Notes: generated by a model not told the origin, from the sequence alone. Shown: positions 1-11,893, counted from the first letter of the stretch. The stretch: 64,000 nucleotides of DNA from Tagaea sp. (GCA_965279525.1 CBDIIB010000005.1:1407018-1471017); one strand, 5' to 3'. Numbers and translations: made by a program.

Positions 1-1
1 C

Positions 2-880
2 ACCCGCGCGAGCCAGGAAGCGTCCGCCGCGCGCAAGTCGGAGCGCCAGCGGCTGGCCGACGAATTCGAGCATGTGATCGGTTCGGTCGTATCCGGGATG
101 AGCGCGGCGACGGGCCAGCTGGAAACGTCATCCTGCTCGCTCAGCTCCAGCGCGCAACGGACCCGCGAGGAGGCCCACCGCGTGGCCGGCGCATGCGGCG
201 AGGCGTCCTCGAACGTCAATACCGTCGCGGCCGCGACGGAAGAACTGTCGGCGTCGGTGCGCGAGATCGCGCGGCAGGTGGTCGAGAGCAACAAGATCGC
301 GGGCGATGCCGTCCGGCAGGTCGAGTCCACCAACGGACGCATCCAGAGCCTGCTCGACGCTTCCCACCGGATCGGCGACGGCGTGAAGCTCATCAACGAA
401 GTCGCGAGCCAGACCAACCTGCTGGCGCTCAATGCGAGCATCGAAGCCGCGCGTGCGGGCGAAGCGGGCAAGGGCTTCGCGGTCGTCGCGGGCGAGGTCA
501 AGACGCTCGCCACGCAGACCGCGCGCGCGACCGACGAGATCCGCGAGCAGATCGGCGCCATCCGCGGGGCCACCGGGGCCGCCGTCGATGCGATCGCCGG
601 AATCGGCACCACGATCCGACGCATGCAGGAAATCGCGACGTCGATCGCTTCGGCGATCGACGAGCAGGGTGCAGCGACCCGCGAGATCGCGCGCAACATC
701 CAGGAAGCCTCGCAGGTTTCGGCTGGCGTCACGCGATCGATCGGCGAAGTCAGTTCGGCCGCCGCCTTGACCGGAACCGCCGCCAGCGAAGTCCAGGGCG
801 CCACCCAGTCGCTGTCGACCCAGGGCGGCGCCCTTCGCGAGGCGGCCGATCACTTCCTCGCGACCATCCGATCCACGTGA
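2..880 (+). CDS. Methyl-accepting chemotaxis protein, C-terminal signalling domain (5'-partial; the reading frame is open back to the window edge)
   Basis: The highly conserved MCP signalling motif [32 protein letters not shown] is present, and the in-frame translation continues upstream of the listed M at position 74. Confidence 0.85.
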   Translation, partial: TRASQEASAARKSERQRLADEFEHVIGSVVSGMSAATGQLETSSCSLSSSAQRTREEAHRVAGACGEASSNVNTVAAATEELSASVREIARQVVESNKIAGDAVRQVESTNGRIQSLLDASHRIGDGVKLINEVASQTNLLALNASIEAARAGEAGKGFAVVAGEVKTLATQTARATDEIREQIGAIRGATGAAVDAIAGIGTTIRRMQEIATSIASAIDEQGAATREIARNIQEASQVSAGVTRSIGEVSSAAALTGTAASEVQGATQSLSTQGGALREAADHFLATIRST

Positions 881-908
881 GTCCAGCCGCACAACCAGGG
901 AGACAGCC

Positions 909-1334
909 ATGATGACCGTCCGCCGCCTTGTCCTCGCCGCCTTTGCCCTCGCGTTCGCGGGAGTTTTGCCCGCCCACGCACAGGACGCCCCGATGTCGAT
1001 CGCCGGTGCCACCACCGTGAACGGCCAGCAGGTCGTCGACCTGATCACGAAGAATCCCGACATGGCGATCCTCGACAACCGCCAGCCGGCCGACTTCGCC
1101 GCCGGACACATCGAAGGTGCGGTGCGCCTGCTCGACACCGACACGAATGCGGAATCGCTCGCCCGCCACGTCAAGACGAAGGACGCCGTCGTCCTGTTCT
1201 ATTGCAACGGCCTCAAGTGCGGGCGCGCGGCCAAGGCCGCCGATGTCGCCGTGAAGCTCGGCTACACGAAGGTGCACTACTACGCGCTGGGCATGGAAGA
1301 ATGGCGCACGCTGGGCCTGCCGACCGTGCGCTAG
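909..1334 (+). CDS. Periplasmic rhodanese-domain (sulfurtransferase-like) protein
   Basis: The N-terminal signal peptide MMTVRRLVLAAFALAFAGVLPAHA is followed by a single rhodanese-like fold with a Cys loop (FYCNGLKCGRAAKAA). Confidence 0.6.
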   Translation: MMTVRRLVLAAFALAFAGVLPAHAQDAPMSIAGATTVNGQQVVDLITKNPDMAILDNRQPADFAAGHIEGAVRLLDTDTNAESLARHVKTKDAVVLFYCNGLKCGRAAKAADVAVKLGYTKVHYYALGMEEWRTLGLPTVR

Positions 1335-1356
1335 GTGCCGGCGGCCGTGCGGCAAG

Positions 1357-1446
1357 TGGCGGACAGGGTGAGATTCGAACTCACGATACCGTTGCCGGTA
1401 TTTCAGTTTTCGAGACTGACGCCTTCAGCCACTCGGCCACCTGTCC
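1357..1446 (-). tRNA. tRNA-Ser (anticodon CGA)
   Basis: The reverse complement folds as a class II tRNA: acceptor stem GGACAGG/CCTGTCC, D-loop AGTGGCTGAA, anticodon loop CTCGAAA (anticodon CGA), a long variable arm, T-loop GTTCGAATC, discriminator G and an encoded CCA. It is nearly identical in architecture to E. coli serU. Confidence 0.9.
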
Positions 1447-1517
1447 GCACGATCTGGCTGTCGAAGGGCGCGGAAGCTATCGCCAAACGGGCCGCCGCGC
1501 AAGTCCGGGCCGGCCGG

Positions 1518-2561
1518 TCAGCCGGATCGGCCCGTTTGGCCGTCATCCGCCGCCCGGTCGCGGGCGATCTGGCGGGGATCGAGGCCGTTGCGTAGCGTCC
1601 ACAGGCCGGCGACTGCCAGCCCCGTCGCCAGCGTCAGCGCGTGGGTCAGGAGTGCGAACGCCAGGGCCGCCTCCGCCGGGACGGCAAAGAACGACAAGGC
1701 GAACACGATCGCCGCGTGGAAGAGGCCCACTCCGCCGGGGGCCGCAGGCACCAGGAATGCCATTGCCGCAATGCCGACGGTAAAGGCGCCGGTCGAAAGT
1801 CCGACATCCGGCCAGACGGCGCCGATGCCGAACGTGAACGACGTCGCCGTCACGGTCCAGATCGCTGCCGTCAGAAGGACGGCCCGCACCAGCACCGCCG
1901 GCCGGGCCAGGACCGAAAGGCCCGACAGCAAGGCATCGAGGCGCGGAAGGATCTTGCCGTGCCAGCGCAGGGGCAGGAGCCGGCCGACCAGCATCACCGC
2001 GACGCCGCGCAGCCGCACGGAAACCATCAGGATCCCCACGCCCAGCAGCACTGTCGCGGTGACGGCGGCGAGCCCTTCCACGACGGCTTGCGGGCGCGAA
2101 GGAAGAGCAAGGATCGCCACGCCGAGCAGGCAGATGGCGCCGGCAAGGTCGCACAGGCGATCGAGCACCACCGCCGACAGGGCATTGGCGACGGGCACGT
2201 GCGCGCGCCGGTTCAGCACCCACAGCATCGCGAATTCGCCCGCCCGCATTGGCAGCAGTCCGTTGAGCGCGTTGCCGAGCGCATGCGCGCCGAACGCGTC
2301 GTTGTAGCTGACCGATGTATGAGGCGCGGTTGCGGCGAGGAGCATGCGCATGCGCACCGGACGCAAGGCAAGCCAGCAAAGCCAGGTCGCGAGCATCGCG
2401 CCGATGCGCCACGGATCGGCGGTGACCAGCTCGTGGCCGACGCGTTCGAGATCGACGACGCGCACGAGAATGGTGACGGCAATCGCCGTGACCGGGACCC
2501 ACGCCCAGCGCAGGGCAAGACGGGACCATTTCCGGTCGGACGAATCGGCGGGACGGCTCAT
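1518..2561 (-). CDS. Integral membrane protein, UPF0104 / lysylphosphatidylglycerol-synthase TM-region (flippase-like) family
   Basis: The 347-aa protein has about 8 predicted hydrophobic helices, and its conserved N-terminal region resembles the flippase-like domain family. Confidence 0.5.
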   Translation of the reverse strand: MSRPADSSDRKWSRLALRWAWVPVTAIAVTILVRVVDLERVGHELVTADPWRIGAMLATWLCWLALRPVRMRMLLAATAPHTSVSYNDAFGAHALGNALNGLLPMRAGEFAMLWVLNRRAHVPVANALSAVVLDRLCDLAGAICLLGVAILALPSRPQAVVEGLAAVTATVLLGVGILMVSVRLRGVAVMLVGRLLPLRWHGKILPRLDALLSGLSVLARPAVLVRAVLLTAAIWTVTATSFTFGIGAVWPDVGLSTGAFTVGIAAMAFLVPAAPGGVGLFHAAIVFALSFFAVPAEAALAFALLTHALTLATGLAVAGLWTLRNGLDPRQIARDRAADDGQTGRSG

Positions 2562-2793
2562 GGTCCGGGCGGTTTAGCAGGGGCCTCCCGGCCCGTCACG
2601 CCAAAGCACTGGAATTCACGGAAAATTCCGACTTTTTACGCGGCGCCGGGCGCCGCTTGACAGGGCGGGCGCTGTAAGTATATTGCGCGCTCTTCGTCCG
2701 GGGGCCGGTTCGGCTTCCGCGGCGATCCTCATTTGTGGGTTTCCTCGGCTTTTCAAAGGTTTGAGGCCGAAAGGGACCCGGGGGTACAAGAAC

Positions 2794-3108
2794 ATGTACG
2801 CAGTCATTCGCACGGGCGGCAAGCAGTACAAGGTCGCCAAGAACGACGTCATCGTCGTCGAGAAGCTCGAAGCCGAGGCCGGCAAGACGGTCGAACTGGG
2901 CGACGTGCTGATGGTCACCGATGGCGCCAAGGCCACGCTGGGCAGCCCGACGATCAAGGGCGCCACGGTCACCGCCACCGTGCTCGCGCAGGGCAAGGGC
3001 GAGAAGATCATCGTCTTCAAGAAGCGCCGCCGCCAGAATTACCGCCGCAAGAACGGGCACCGCCAGCCCGAGACGACGCTGCGGATCGTCGACATCAAGG
3101 TCGCCTGA
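2794..3108 (+). CDS. rplU: 50S ribosomal protein L21
   Basis: [25 protein letters not shown] is a canonical L21 N-terminus. The start was chosen at the internal ATG at 2794 of ORF 2683-3108. Confidence 0.95.
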   Translation: MYAVIRTGGKQYKVAKNDVIVVEKLEAEAGKTVELGDVLMVTDGAKATLGSPTIKGATVTATVLAQGKGEKIIVFKKRRRQNYRRKNGHRQPETTLRIVDIKVA

Positions 3109-3120
3109 GGAGATCGCAGC

Positions 3121-5649
<2,529 letters not shown>

Positions 5650-5690
5650 TCGCCGGAACCCGCCGGACAGGATAGGATGCGACAAACGCG

Positions 5691-6986
5691 ATGAAGGCCC
5701 CCGCCGCGATGACTGATGCGACCGCCGATACGGAACTGAAGTCCGCGATCGAAGCGATGGGTGCTCGCGCCCGCGCCGCCGCCCGCCTGCTGGCCGTCGC
5801 ACCCGCCAAACGCAAGAGTGCCGCCCTGCGCGCCGCCGCCGACCGCTTGCGTGCCGCCACGCAGGACCTGCTCGACGCCAACGCCGCCGATGTCGCCTTC
5901 GCGGTCGATGCCGGCAACTCGGCTGCGATGGTCGACCGCACGCGCCTCGATCCCAAGCGCATCGACGCGATCGCGCGGGGGCTCGAGGATGTCGCGGCCC
6001 TTCCCGATCCGGTCGGCTCGATCCTGCAGGGCTGGACGCGTCCCAACGGCCTGCTCATCAGCCGCGTGGCCGTCCCCATCGGCGTGATCGGCATCATCTA
6101 TGAAGCGCGGCCCAACGTGACCGCCGACGCGGGCGCCTTGTGCATCAAGTCGGGCAACGCCGCGATCCTGCGCGGCGGGCAGGAGAGCTTCCTTTCTTCG
6201 CAGGTCATCGTCGCGGCGATCCGCGGTGCCCTTGCCGCACACGACCTGCCGGAGGACGCGATCCAGCTGATCCCCACGCGCGACCGTGCCGCCGTCGGGC
6301 ATCTGCTGGCCATGCACCAGCATGTCGACACGATCGTGCCGCGCGGCGGCCGGTCGCTGATCGAGCGCGTGATGAAGGAATCGCGCATCCCGGTGATCGC
6401 GCACCTGGAGGGGCTCTGCCATACCTATGTCCACGAATCGGCCGACATCGAGATGGCGCGAAAAGTGACGATGAACGCCAAGATGCGCCGCGTGTCGGTG
6501 TGCGGGGCGACCGAAACGCTGCTGATCGACCGGGCGGCGGCACCCACGCACCTGCCGGCGATCCTCGAAGATCTGTTTGCCGCTGGCTGCGAGATCCGCG
6601 GCGACGGCGACGTGCAGAAGCTCGACCGGCGCGTGGTGCCGGCCGTCGAGGCCGACTGGACGACCGAGTATCTCGACGCGATCCTCGCGGTGAAGATCGT
6701 CGACGGAATCGACGCGGCGATCGGGCACGTCAACACCTATGGCTCGCACCACACCGATGCGATCGTCGCGGGCGATCCGGCGGCGGCCGAGCAGTTCCTC
6801 GCGCGCGTCGATTCCGCGATCGTGCTGCACAACGCGTCGACCCAGTATGCCGATGGCGCCGAGTTCGGCTTCGGTGCCGAGATCGGCATTTCGACCGGTC
6901 GCCTGCCGCCGCGCGGGCCGGTGGGGGCCGAACAGCTCACGACCTACAAGTATGTCGTGCGCGGCGCTGGACAGACGCGGCCTTGA
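5691..6986 (+). CDS. proA: Gamma-glutamyl phosphate reductase
   Basis: The 431-aa protein belongs to the aldehyde dehydrogenase superfamily and sits in the conserved proB-proA order. An alternative start is possible at the second in-frame Met. Confidence 0.9.
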   Translation: MKAPAAMTDATADTELKSAIEAMGARARAAARLLAVAPAKRKSAALRAAADRLRAATQDLLDANAADVAFAVDAGNSAAMVDRTRLDPKRIDAIARGLEDVAALPDPVGSILQGWTRPNGLLISRVAVPIGVIGIIYEARPNVTADAGALCIKSGNAAILRGGQESFLSSQVIVAAIRGALAAHDLPEDAIQLIPTRDRAAVGHLLAMHQHVDTIVPRGGRSLIERVMKESRIPVIAHLEGLCHTYVHESADIEMARKVTMNAKMRRVSVCGATETLLIDRAAAPTHLPAILEDLFAAGCEIRGDGDVQKLDRRVVPAVEADWTTEYLDAILAVKIVDGIDAAIGHVNTYGSHHTDAIVAGDPAAAEQFLARVDSAIVLHNASTQYADGAEFGFGAEIGISTGRLPPRGPVGAEQLTTYKYVVRGAGQTRP

Positions 6987-7630
6987 TCGCACCACCGCTC
7001 CATCGTCTGGGCGTCGTACCCAAGCGCCGCATCGGCCTGTTCGGCGGTTCGTTCAATCCGGCCCATGAGGGGCACGCGCATATCGCGCGCGAGGCGCTGA
7101 AGCGGCTTGCCCTCGACGAAGTGTGGCTCCTCGTCAGCCCGCAGAATCCGCTGAAGGCCGAAGCGGGAATGGCGCCGCTGGACGCGCGCCTTGCAAGCAC
7201 GCTTGGCGTATGCGGGCGCGATCCGCGCCTGAAGGCCGTGGCGCTCGAAAGCTGGCTGGGGACGCGCTACACGGCCGATACGCTCGCCGCTTGCCGCCGG
7301 CGCTTCCGCCGCACGCAGTTCGTCTGGATCATGGGGGCCGACAATCTCGGCCAGATCCATCGCTGGGGAAGATGGTCATCGATCTTTCGCACGATGGTCA
7401 TTGCCGTGTTCGCACGACCAGCGTATTCTACCAAAGCATTGGCCGGAAAGGCGGCGCGGGCGTTTTCCACAGCCCGGGTCGGATCCCGACGGGTCCGACG
7501 CCTGGCAACACTCGAGCCGCCGGCCTGGACGTTCTTTCCCGTCCGGCTGCATCCGGCCTCTGCGACGCGCATCCGCGCCGTCCGCAAGGATTGGTTCGGC
7601 GGCGCGTCAGGTACCAGGTCCAACCAGTGA
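6983..7630 (+). CDS. nadD: Nicotinate-nucleotide adenylyltransferase
   Basis: RIGLFGGSFNPAHEGH is the (H/T)xGH nucleotidyltransferase motif. A non-ATG (TTG) start overlapping the proA stop is inferred, and the exact start is uncertain. Confidence 0.8.
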   Translation: MIAPPLHRLGVVPKRRIGLFGGSFNPAHEGHAHIAREALKRLALDEVWLLVSPQNPLKAEAGMAPLDARLASTLGVCGRDPRLKAVALESWLGTRYTADTLAACRRRFRRTQFVWIMGADNLGQIHRWGRWSSIFRTMVIAVFARPAYSTKALAGKAARAFSTARVGSRRVRRLATLEPPAWTFFPVRLHPASATRIRAVRKDWFGGASGTRSNQ

Positions 7631-8052
7631 GTTCGCACGGTTTACCGACTTTTTTCAGCCCCGGGAGACACGCGATCGCCACAGCAAAGCGCAAGACCGT
7701 ATCCGCGCCCAAAACGGTCCTCAAACTCGTCGAAAAAACGCTCGACGACGACAAGGCGACAGATCCCGTCGTCATCGACCTCGCCGGCAAGAGCTCGATG
7801 GCGGACTACATGATCGTCGCAAGCGGCCTTTCCAGCCGCCACATCCAGTCCATGGCCCAGCATGTCGTCGAGAAGCTGGAAGCCAAGGGCCTGAAGAGCA
7901 TCCGCATCGAGGGTGCCGACCAGGGCGACTGGGTGCTCATCGACGGCGGCGACATCGTCGTCCACCTGTTCCGACCCGAAGTGCGCGCCCTCTACGGCCT
8001 CGAAAAGATGTGGGCCGACAGCTGGGACGAACCGGCGGTCGCACAGGCCTGA
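7627..8052 (+). CDS. rsfS: Ribosome silencing factor RsfS (Iojap)
   Basis: The C-terminal 110 aa match the RsfS fold (DDDKATDPVVIDLAGKSSMADYMIVASG ... VLIDGGDIVVHLF). The GTG start overlapping the nadD stop as GTGA is inferred. Confidence 0.75.
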   Translation: MSSHGLPTFFSPGRHAIATAKRKTVSAPKTVLKLVEKTLDDDKATDPVVIDLAGKSSMADYMIVASGLSSRHIQSMAQHVVEKLEAKGLKSIRIEGADQGDWVLIDGGDIVVHLFRPEVRALYGLEKMWADSWDEPAVAQA

Positions 8053-8095
8053 GGAAAGGCGGCGCCCGCCGAAAAAGCGGGAGCCGGCGAAGCAG

Positions 8096-8569
8096 ATGCG
8101 GATTTTTGTGGTCGCGGCGGGACGCGCGCGCGGCACGCCCGAAGACGCGCTGTTCGCCGAGTATGCGAAGCGCCTGAAAACCGCCCCGGCCGGCATCGGC
8201 CCGCTCGAATGCCGGGAGATCGAAACGAAGTCGAAGACGCCGGCGGCCCGCAAGACCGAGGAAGCCGAGAAGCTGCGCGCCCAGATCCCCGACGGGGCGC
8301 TGATGGTCGTTCTCGATCCGCGCGGCAAGCCGCTTTCCACCGAGGAGTTCGCCCGACAGCTCGCACGATGGCGTGACGAGTCGACCGGCACGCTCGCTTT
8401 CGTCATCGGCGGCGCCGACGGGCTCGACGAATCGCTGGTCGGCGAAGCGCGCTTCCGGCTGTCGCTCGGATCGATGACCTGGCCCCACATGCTGGCCCGC
8501 GCGATGCTGGCCGAGCAGCTGTGGCGGGCCGCCTCGATCCTCGCCGGGCACCCCTACCACCGGGCTTAG
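8096..8569 (+). CDS. rlmH: 23S rRNA (pseudouridine1915-N3)-methyltransferase RlmH
   Basis: The SPOUT-class protein has motifs LAFVIGGADGL and MTWPHMLAR and sits in the conserved position after rsfS. Confidence 0.85.
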   Translation: MRIFVVAAGRARGTPEDALFAEYAKRLKTAPAGIGPLECREIETKSKTPAARKTEEAEKLRAQIPDGALMVVLDPRGKPLSTEEFARQLARWRDESTGTLAFVIGGADGLDESLVGEARFRLSLGSMTWPHMLARAMLAEQLWRAASILAGHPYHRA

Positions 8570-8664
8570 GCCGGCTGCACTTGATCCGGGGGGCGCCCTC
8601 CCGCCAATATCAACCAACATGCCCCGAGTCGGGCCATGCATTCCCGCGCGAAAGACCGGATTCA

Positions 8665-9639
8665 ATGGCGGCCAGACAAGCCAAAAAACCGCGCAGCACA
8701 GGGACGGATGCCGAGCGTCTCTATGCCGCCTTGCGGCGCATCCGGCGCGCCGAAGAGGAAGTCGCGCGCATCTACCCGTCCGACAAGATCAAGAGCCCGG
8801 TCCACCTGTCGATCGGCCAGGAGGGCGTTGCCGTCGGCGTGTGCGACCCGCTCGAGCCACGCGATGCGGTCTCCGGCACGTATCGTGGTCATGCCACGTA
8901 CCTAGCAAAAGGCGGTTCCCTGCCTGCGATGATGGCCGAGCTCTACGGCAAGGATACCGGGTGTGCGCGCGGCAAGGGCGGCTCGATGCACCTGATCGAC
9001 ATGAAGGCCAACGTGCTGGGAACATCCGCCGTCGTCGGCACGACCGTTCCGGTCGCGGTCGGCTATGCGATGGCGCAGAAGATGCGCGGCACGGGTGCCG
9101 TCGTCGCCTGCTTCATGGGCGACGGTGCCACCGAAGAAGGCTGCTTTCCCGAAAGCCTGAATTTCGCGGCACTCCATAAGCTCCCCGTCATCTTCGTTTG
9201 CGAGAATAACGGATTCGCGATCCACGAGCCGATCGCCAAGCGCCAGGCGACCGACCGGATCTGCGCGCGCGTCGCGACCTACGGCATTCCCACGAAGCGC
9301 TTCGCCGATTCCGACACGAAGGCGATCCGCGCCCATGTCGCCAAGGCGTTGCCGAAGATGCGCAAGGGCGGTGGGCCCATCTTCCTCGAATGCATGACCT
9401 GGCGCTGGCGCGAACATGTCGGGCCGGGCGAAGACTACGACGCCGGATTTCGCAGCCGCTCGATGCTGCTGAAATGGCAGAAGAAGGATCCCGTCGCCAT
9501 CGCGGCGCGGGCCCTGACGGCCGCCGTGCGCGCGAAGATCGATGCGGCGGTGGAGGCCGAGGTCGCGGCCGCCGTGAAGTTCGCCGAAGAGTCGCCGTTC
9601 CCCGCCGTCCAGGAGCTGGTCACCGATGTCTTCGCATAA
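8665..9639 (+). CDS. Thiamine-diphosphate-dependent dehydrogenase E1 component, alpha subunit (pyruvate/acetoin dehydrogenase E1alpha-like)
   Basis: The TPP-binding motif GDGATEEG sits in a typical E1alpha context (HLSIGQEGVAVGV ... YRGHATYLAKG ... CENNGFAI). There is no adjacent E2 or E3 gene. Confidence 0.85.
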   Translation: MAARQAKKPRSTGTDAERLYAALRRIRRAEEEVARIYPSDKIKSPVHLSIGQEGVAVGVCDPLEPRDAVSGTYRGHATYLAKGGSLPAMMAELYGKDTGCARGKGGSMHLIDMKANVLGTSAVVGTTVPVAVGYAMAQKMRGTGAVVACFMGDGATEEGCFPESLNFAALHKLPVIFVCENNGFAIHEPIAKRQATDRICARVATYGIPTKRFADSDTKAIRAHVAKALPKMRKGGGPIFLECMTWRWREHVGPGEDYDAGFRSRSMLLKWQKKDPVAIAARALTAAVRAKIDAAVEAEVAAAVKFAEESPFPAVQELVTDVFA

Positions 9640-10717
9640 GCTCGTCTGGCCGGGGCGCATGGAAGACGGGCGGCGCGTGCTGCGCTATGTCGACGCGCTG
9701 TCCGAGGCCGTGGCGCTGGAGATGGCGCGCGATCCGGGCGTGTTCGTGTTCGGCCTCGATGTCGACGATCACAAGGCGATCCAGGGTTCCACGCGCGGCC
9801 TGCTCGAGAAGTTCGGCGCCGGGCGCGTCTTCACCACGCCGCTTTCGGAAGACGCGATGACGGGTGTCGCCATCGGTGCCGCCATGGCGGGCATGCGGCC
9901 GATCCATGTGCATATCCGCATGGACTTCCTGATGCTGTGCATGAACCAGCTCGTCAACATCGCGGCCAAGGCCCGCTACATGTACGGCGGCCAGGTGAAG
10001 GTGCCGCTGGTCGTCCGCTCGATCATCGGCAAATCGTGGGGGCAGGGCGCCCAGCACAGCCAGGGCCTGCATTCGATGTTCATGCATGTGCCCGGGCTCA
10101 AGGTCTGCGCGCCTTCGAACGCGCACGATGCCAAGGGTGCGATGATCGCCGCGATCCGCGACGACAATCCGGTCGTGTTCGTCGAGCATCGACTTCTCTA
10201 TGCGACCGAGGCGTTCGTCGCCGAAGGCGCCTATGTCGTGCCGCCCGGCCGTTCGCGCGTGTGCCGCTGGGGCCGCGACGTGACCGTCGTGGGCATCTCC
10301 AACATGGTCGTCGAGGCGCTGCGCGCCGCCGAGCTCCTGAAGGAAGCCGGCGTGTCGGCGGAGGTAATCGACCCGATCTGGCTGTCGCCGCTCGACAGCG
10401 ACACGATCGTCGAAAGCGTGCGGCGCACGCGCAAGCTGCTGATCGTCGACAACGGCTGGAACATGTGCGGTGCGGGTGCGGAGATCGCCGCGCGCGTCGC
10501 CGAAGCCTGCGGGGACCTGCAAGTGACGATCCGCCGGATGGGCTTCTCGCCCACGCCGTGCCCGCCCTCGCCGATCCTCGAAGCGGCGTTCTATCCCAAC
10601 CCCGCCACGATCGCGGCCGAAGCGCATGCGCTGGCACGTCCCGGCGCGGCCGCGTGGGCGCCCGATCCATCGAGCGCGCAGCTCGCCTATCAGCTCCAGT
10701 TCAAGGGCCCGTTCTGA
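9626..10717 (+). CDS. TPP-dependent dehydrogenase E1 component, beta subunit (transketolase-like), with a roughly 35-aa C-terminal extension
   Basis: E1beta motifs are present (VFGLDVDD ... GSTRGLLEKFG ... TPLSEDAMTGVAIGAAMAGMRP). It overlaps the E1alpha stop by 14 nt. Confidence 0.85.
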   Translation: MSSHKLVWPGRMEDGRRVLRYVDALSEAVALEMARDPGVFVFGLDVDDHKAIQGSTRGLLEKFGAGRVFTTPLSEDAMTGVAIGAAMAGMRPIHVHIRMDFLMLCMNQLVNIAAKARYMYGGQVKVPLVVRSIIGKSWGQGAQHSQGLHSMFMHVPGLKVCAPSNAHDAKGAMIAAIRDDNPVVFVEHRLLYATEAFVAEGAYVVPPGRSRVCRWGRDVTVVGISNMVVEALRAAELLKEAGVSAEVIDPIWLSPLDSDTIVESVRRTRKLLIVDNGWNMCGAGAEIAARVAEACGDLQVTIRRMGFSPTPCPPSPILEAAFYPNPATIAAEAHALARPGAAAWAPDPSSAQLAYQLQFKGPF

Positions 10718-11892
10718 TGTTCTACGAACTCGCGACCCCCTCGTGGGGACAGGAGGAGATCGACGCCCTCCAGTCCGTCATCGCGTCCGGCCGCTTCACG
10801 ATGGGCGAAAGGGTCGCCGCGATGGAAGCGGCGTTTGCCGCCTATCACGGCAAGAAATATGGGGTGATGGTCAATTCCGGTTCGTCGGCGAACCTGATCT
10901 GCATCGCGGCACTCGCCTATCATTCGTCGCGGCCACTGGCGCGCGGCGACGAGGTGATCGTGCCGGCGATCTCGTGGAGCACGACCTATCATCCGCTTCA
11001 GCAGTACGGGCTCAAATGCCGGTTCGTCGACGTCGAGCTCGAGACGCTCAACATGGACGTCTCGAAGCTCGAGCAGGCGCTGACGCCCAAGACCAAGGCG
11101 CTGCTCGCCGTCTCGATCCTGGGCAACCCGGCCAAGCTCGACGAAATGCGCGCCTTCTGCGACCGGCACGGCCTGTGGTTCATGGAAGACAACTGCGAAT
11201 CCATGGATGCGGTCCTGCCCTCGGGCCGCAAGGCCGGCACGCTCGGCGATCTCAACACGTTCAGCTTCTTCTTCTCGCACCACATTTCGACGATGGAAGG
11301 CGGGATGGTGCTGACGGACGATCTCGAGCTCTACCATCTGCTCAAATGCATGCGCGCGCACGGCTGGACGCGCGACATCCCGCCGGACTCGCCGCTGTTC
11401 AAGCGCACCGCCAGCGACCATTTCGAGGCCTACCGCTTCCTGTTCCCGGGCTACAACGTCCGCCCGCTGGAGATGGAGGCGGCCGTCGGCATCGAGCAGC
11501 TCAAGAAGCTGCCGGCGATGACCGCGGCCCGGCGCAAGAACCTTGCGCTGTTCCAGAAGCATTTCTCGGGCGACGAGAATTTCATCATCCAGAAGGAGCA
11601 CGGGCAGAGCTCGTCCTTCTGCTTCACGCTGATCCTCAATCCGAAGAAGGATCTCGATCGCGAGAAGATCTTCGCGACGCTGAAACAGGCCGACATCGGC
11701 TTCCGGATCATCACCGGCGGCTGCTTCCTGCGCCACGACACGATCAAATACTACGATTACGACATCGTCGGAAACGGCGTGCCGAATGCCGAGCTGGCGC
11801 ACGACCGCGGCTTCTTCGTCGGCAACCATCCGCAGGACCTGAGCGTCCAGATCGAGACGCTGCGCAAGGTGCTGGACGGCGCAGTGCGCTGA
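10717..11892 (+). CDS. DegT/DnrJ/EryC1/StrS-family nucleotide-sugar 3-dehydrase (ColD/DdhC-like, PMP-dependent)
   Basis: The protein has the aminotransferase class V fold. In the SF(H)xxK..EGG motif the PLP-lysine position is occupied by His (FFFSHHISTMEGG), the hallmark of 4-keto-6-deoxy-sugar 3-dehydrases. At about 391 aa it lacks a C-terminal Fe-S Cys cluster, so it is ColD-like. Its ATG overlaps the E1beta stop. Confidence 0.75.
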   Translation: MFYELATPSWGQEEIDALQSVIASGRFTMGERVAAMEAAFAAYHGKKYGVMVNSGSSANLICIAALAYHSSRPLARGDEVIVPAISWSTTYHPLQQYGLKCRFVDVELETLNMDVSKLEQALTPKTKALLAVSILGNPAKLDEMRAFCDRHGLWFMEDNCESMDAVLPSGRKAGTLGDLNTFSFFFSHHISTMEGGMVLTDDLELYHLLKCMRAHGWTRDIPPDSPLFKRTASDHFEAYRFLFPGYNVRPLEMEAAVGIEQLKKLPAMTAARRKNLALFQKHFSGDENFIIQKEHGQSSSFCFTLILNPKKDLDREKIFATLKQADIGFRIITGGCFLRHDTIKYYDYDIVGNGVPNAELAHDRGFFVGNHPQDLSVQIETLRKVLDGAVR

Positions 11893-11893
11893 G

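Noticed and set aside
128-1174. A 348-aa minus-strand ORF antisense to the MCP and rhodanese genes.
   Set aside because: This is a typical high-GC antisense artefact. It is Arg-, Ala- and Gly-rich and low-complexity, and it overlaps two well-supported genes.
1335-1595. An 86-aa plus-strand ORF overlapping tRNA-Ser.
   Set aside because: It overlaps the tRNA gene on the opposite strand and has no coding signature.
8665-10717. Reading the E1alpha/beta pair as an acetoin or pyruvate dehydrogenase (acoAB/pdhAB) operon.
   Set aside because: No E2 or E3 genes follow. The pair is instead translationally fused to a sugar 3-dehydrase within a nucleotide-sugar island.
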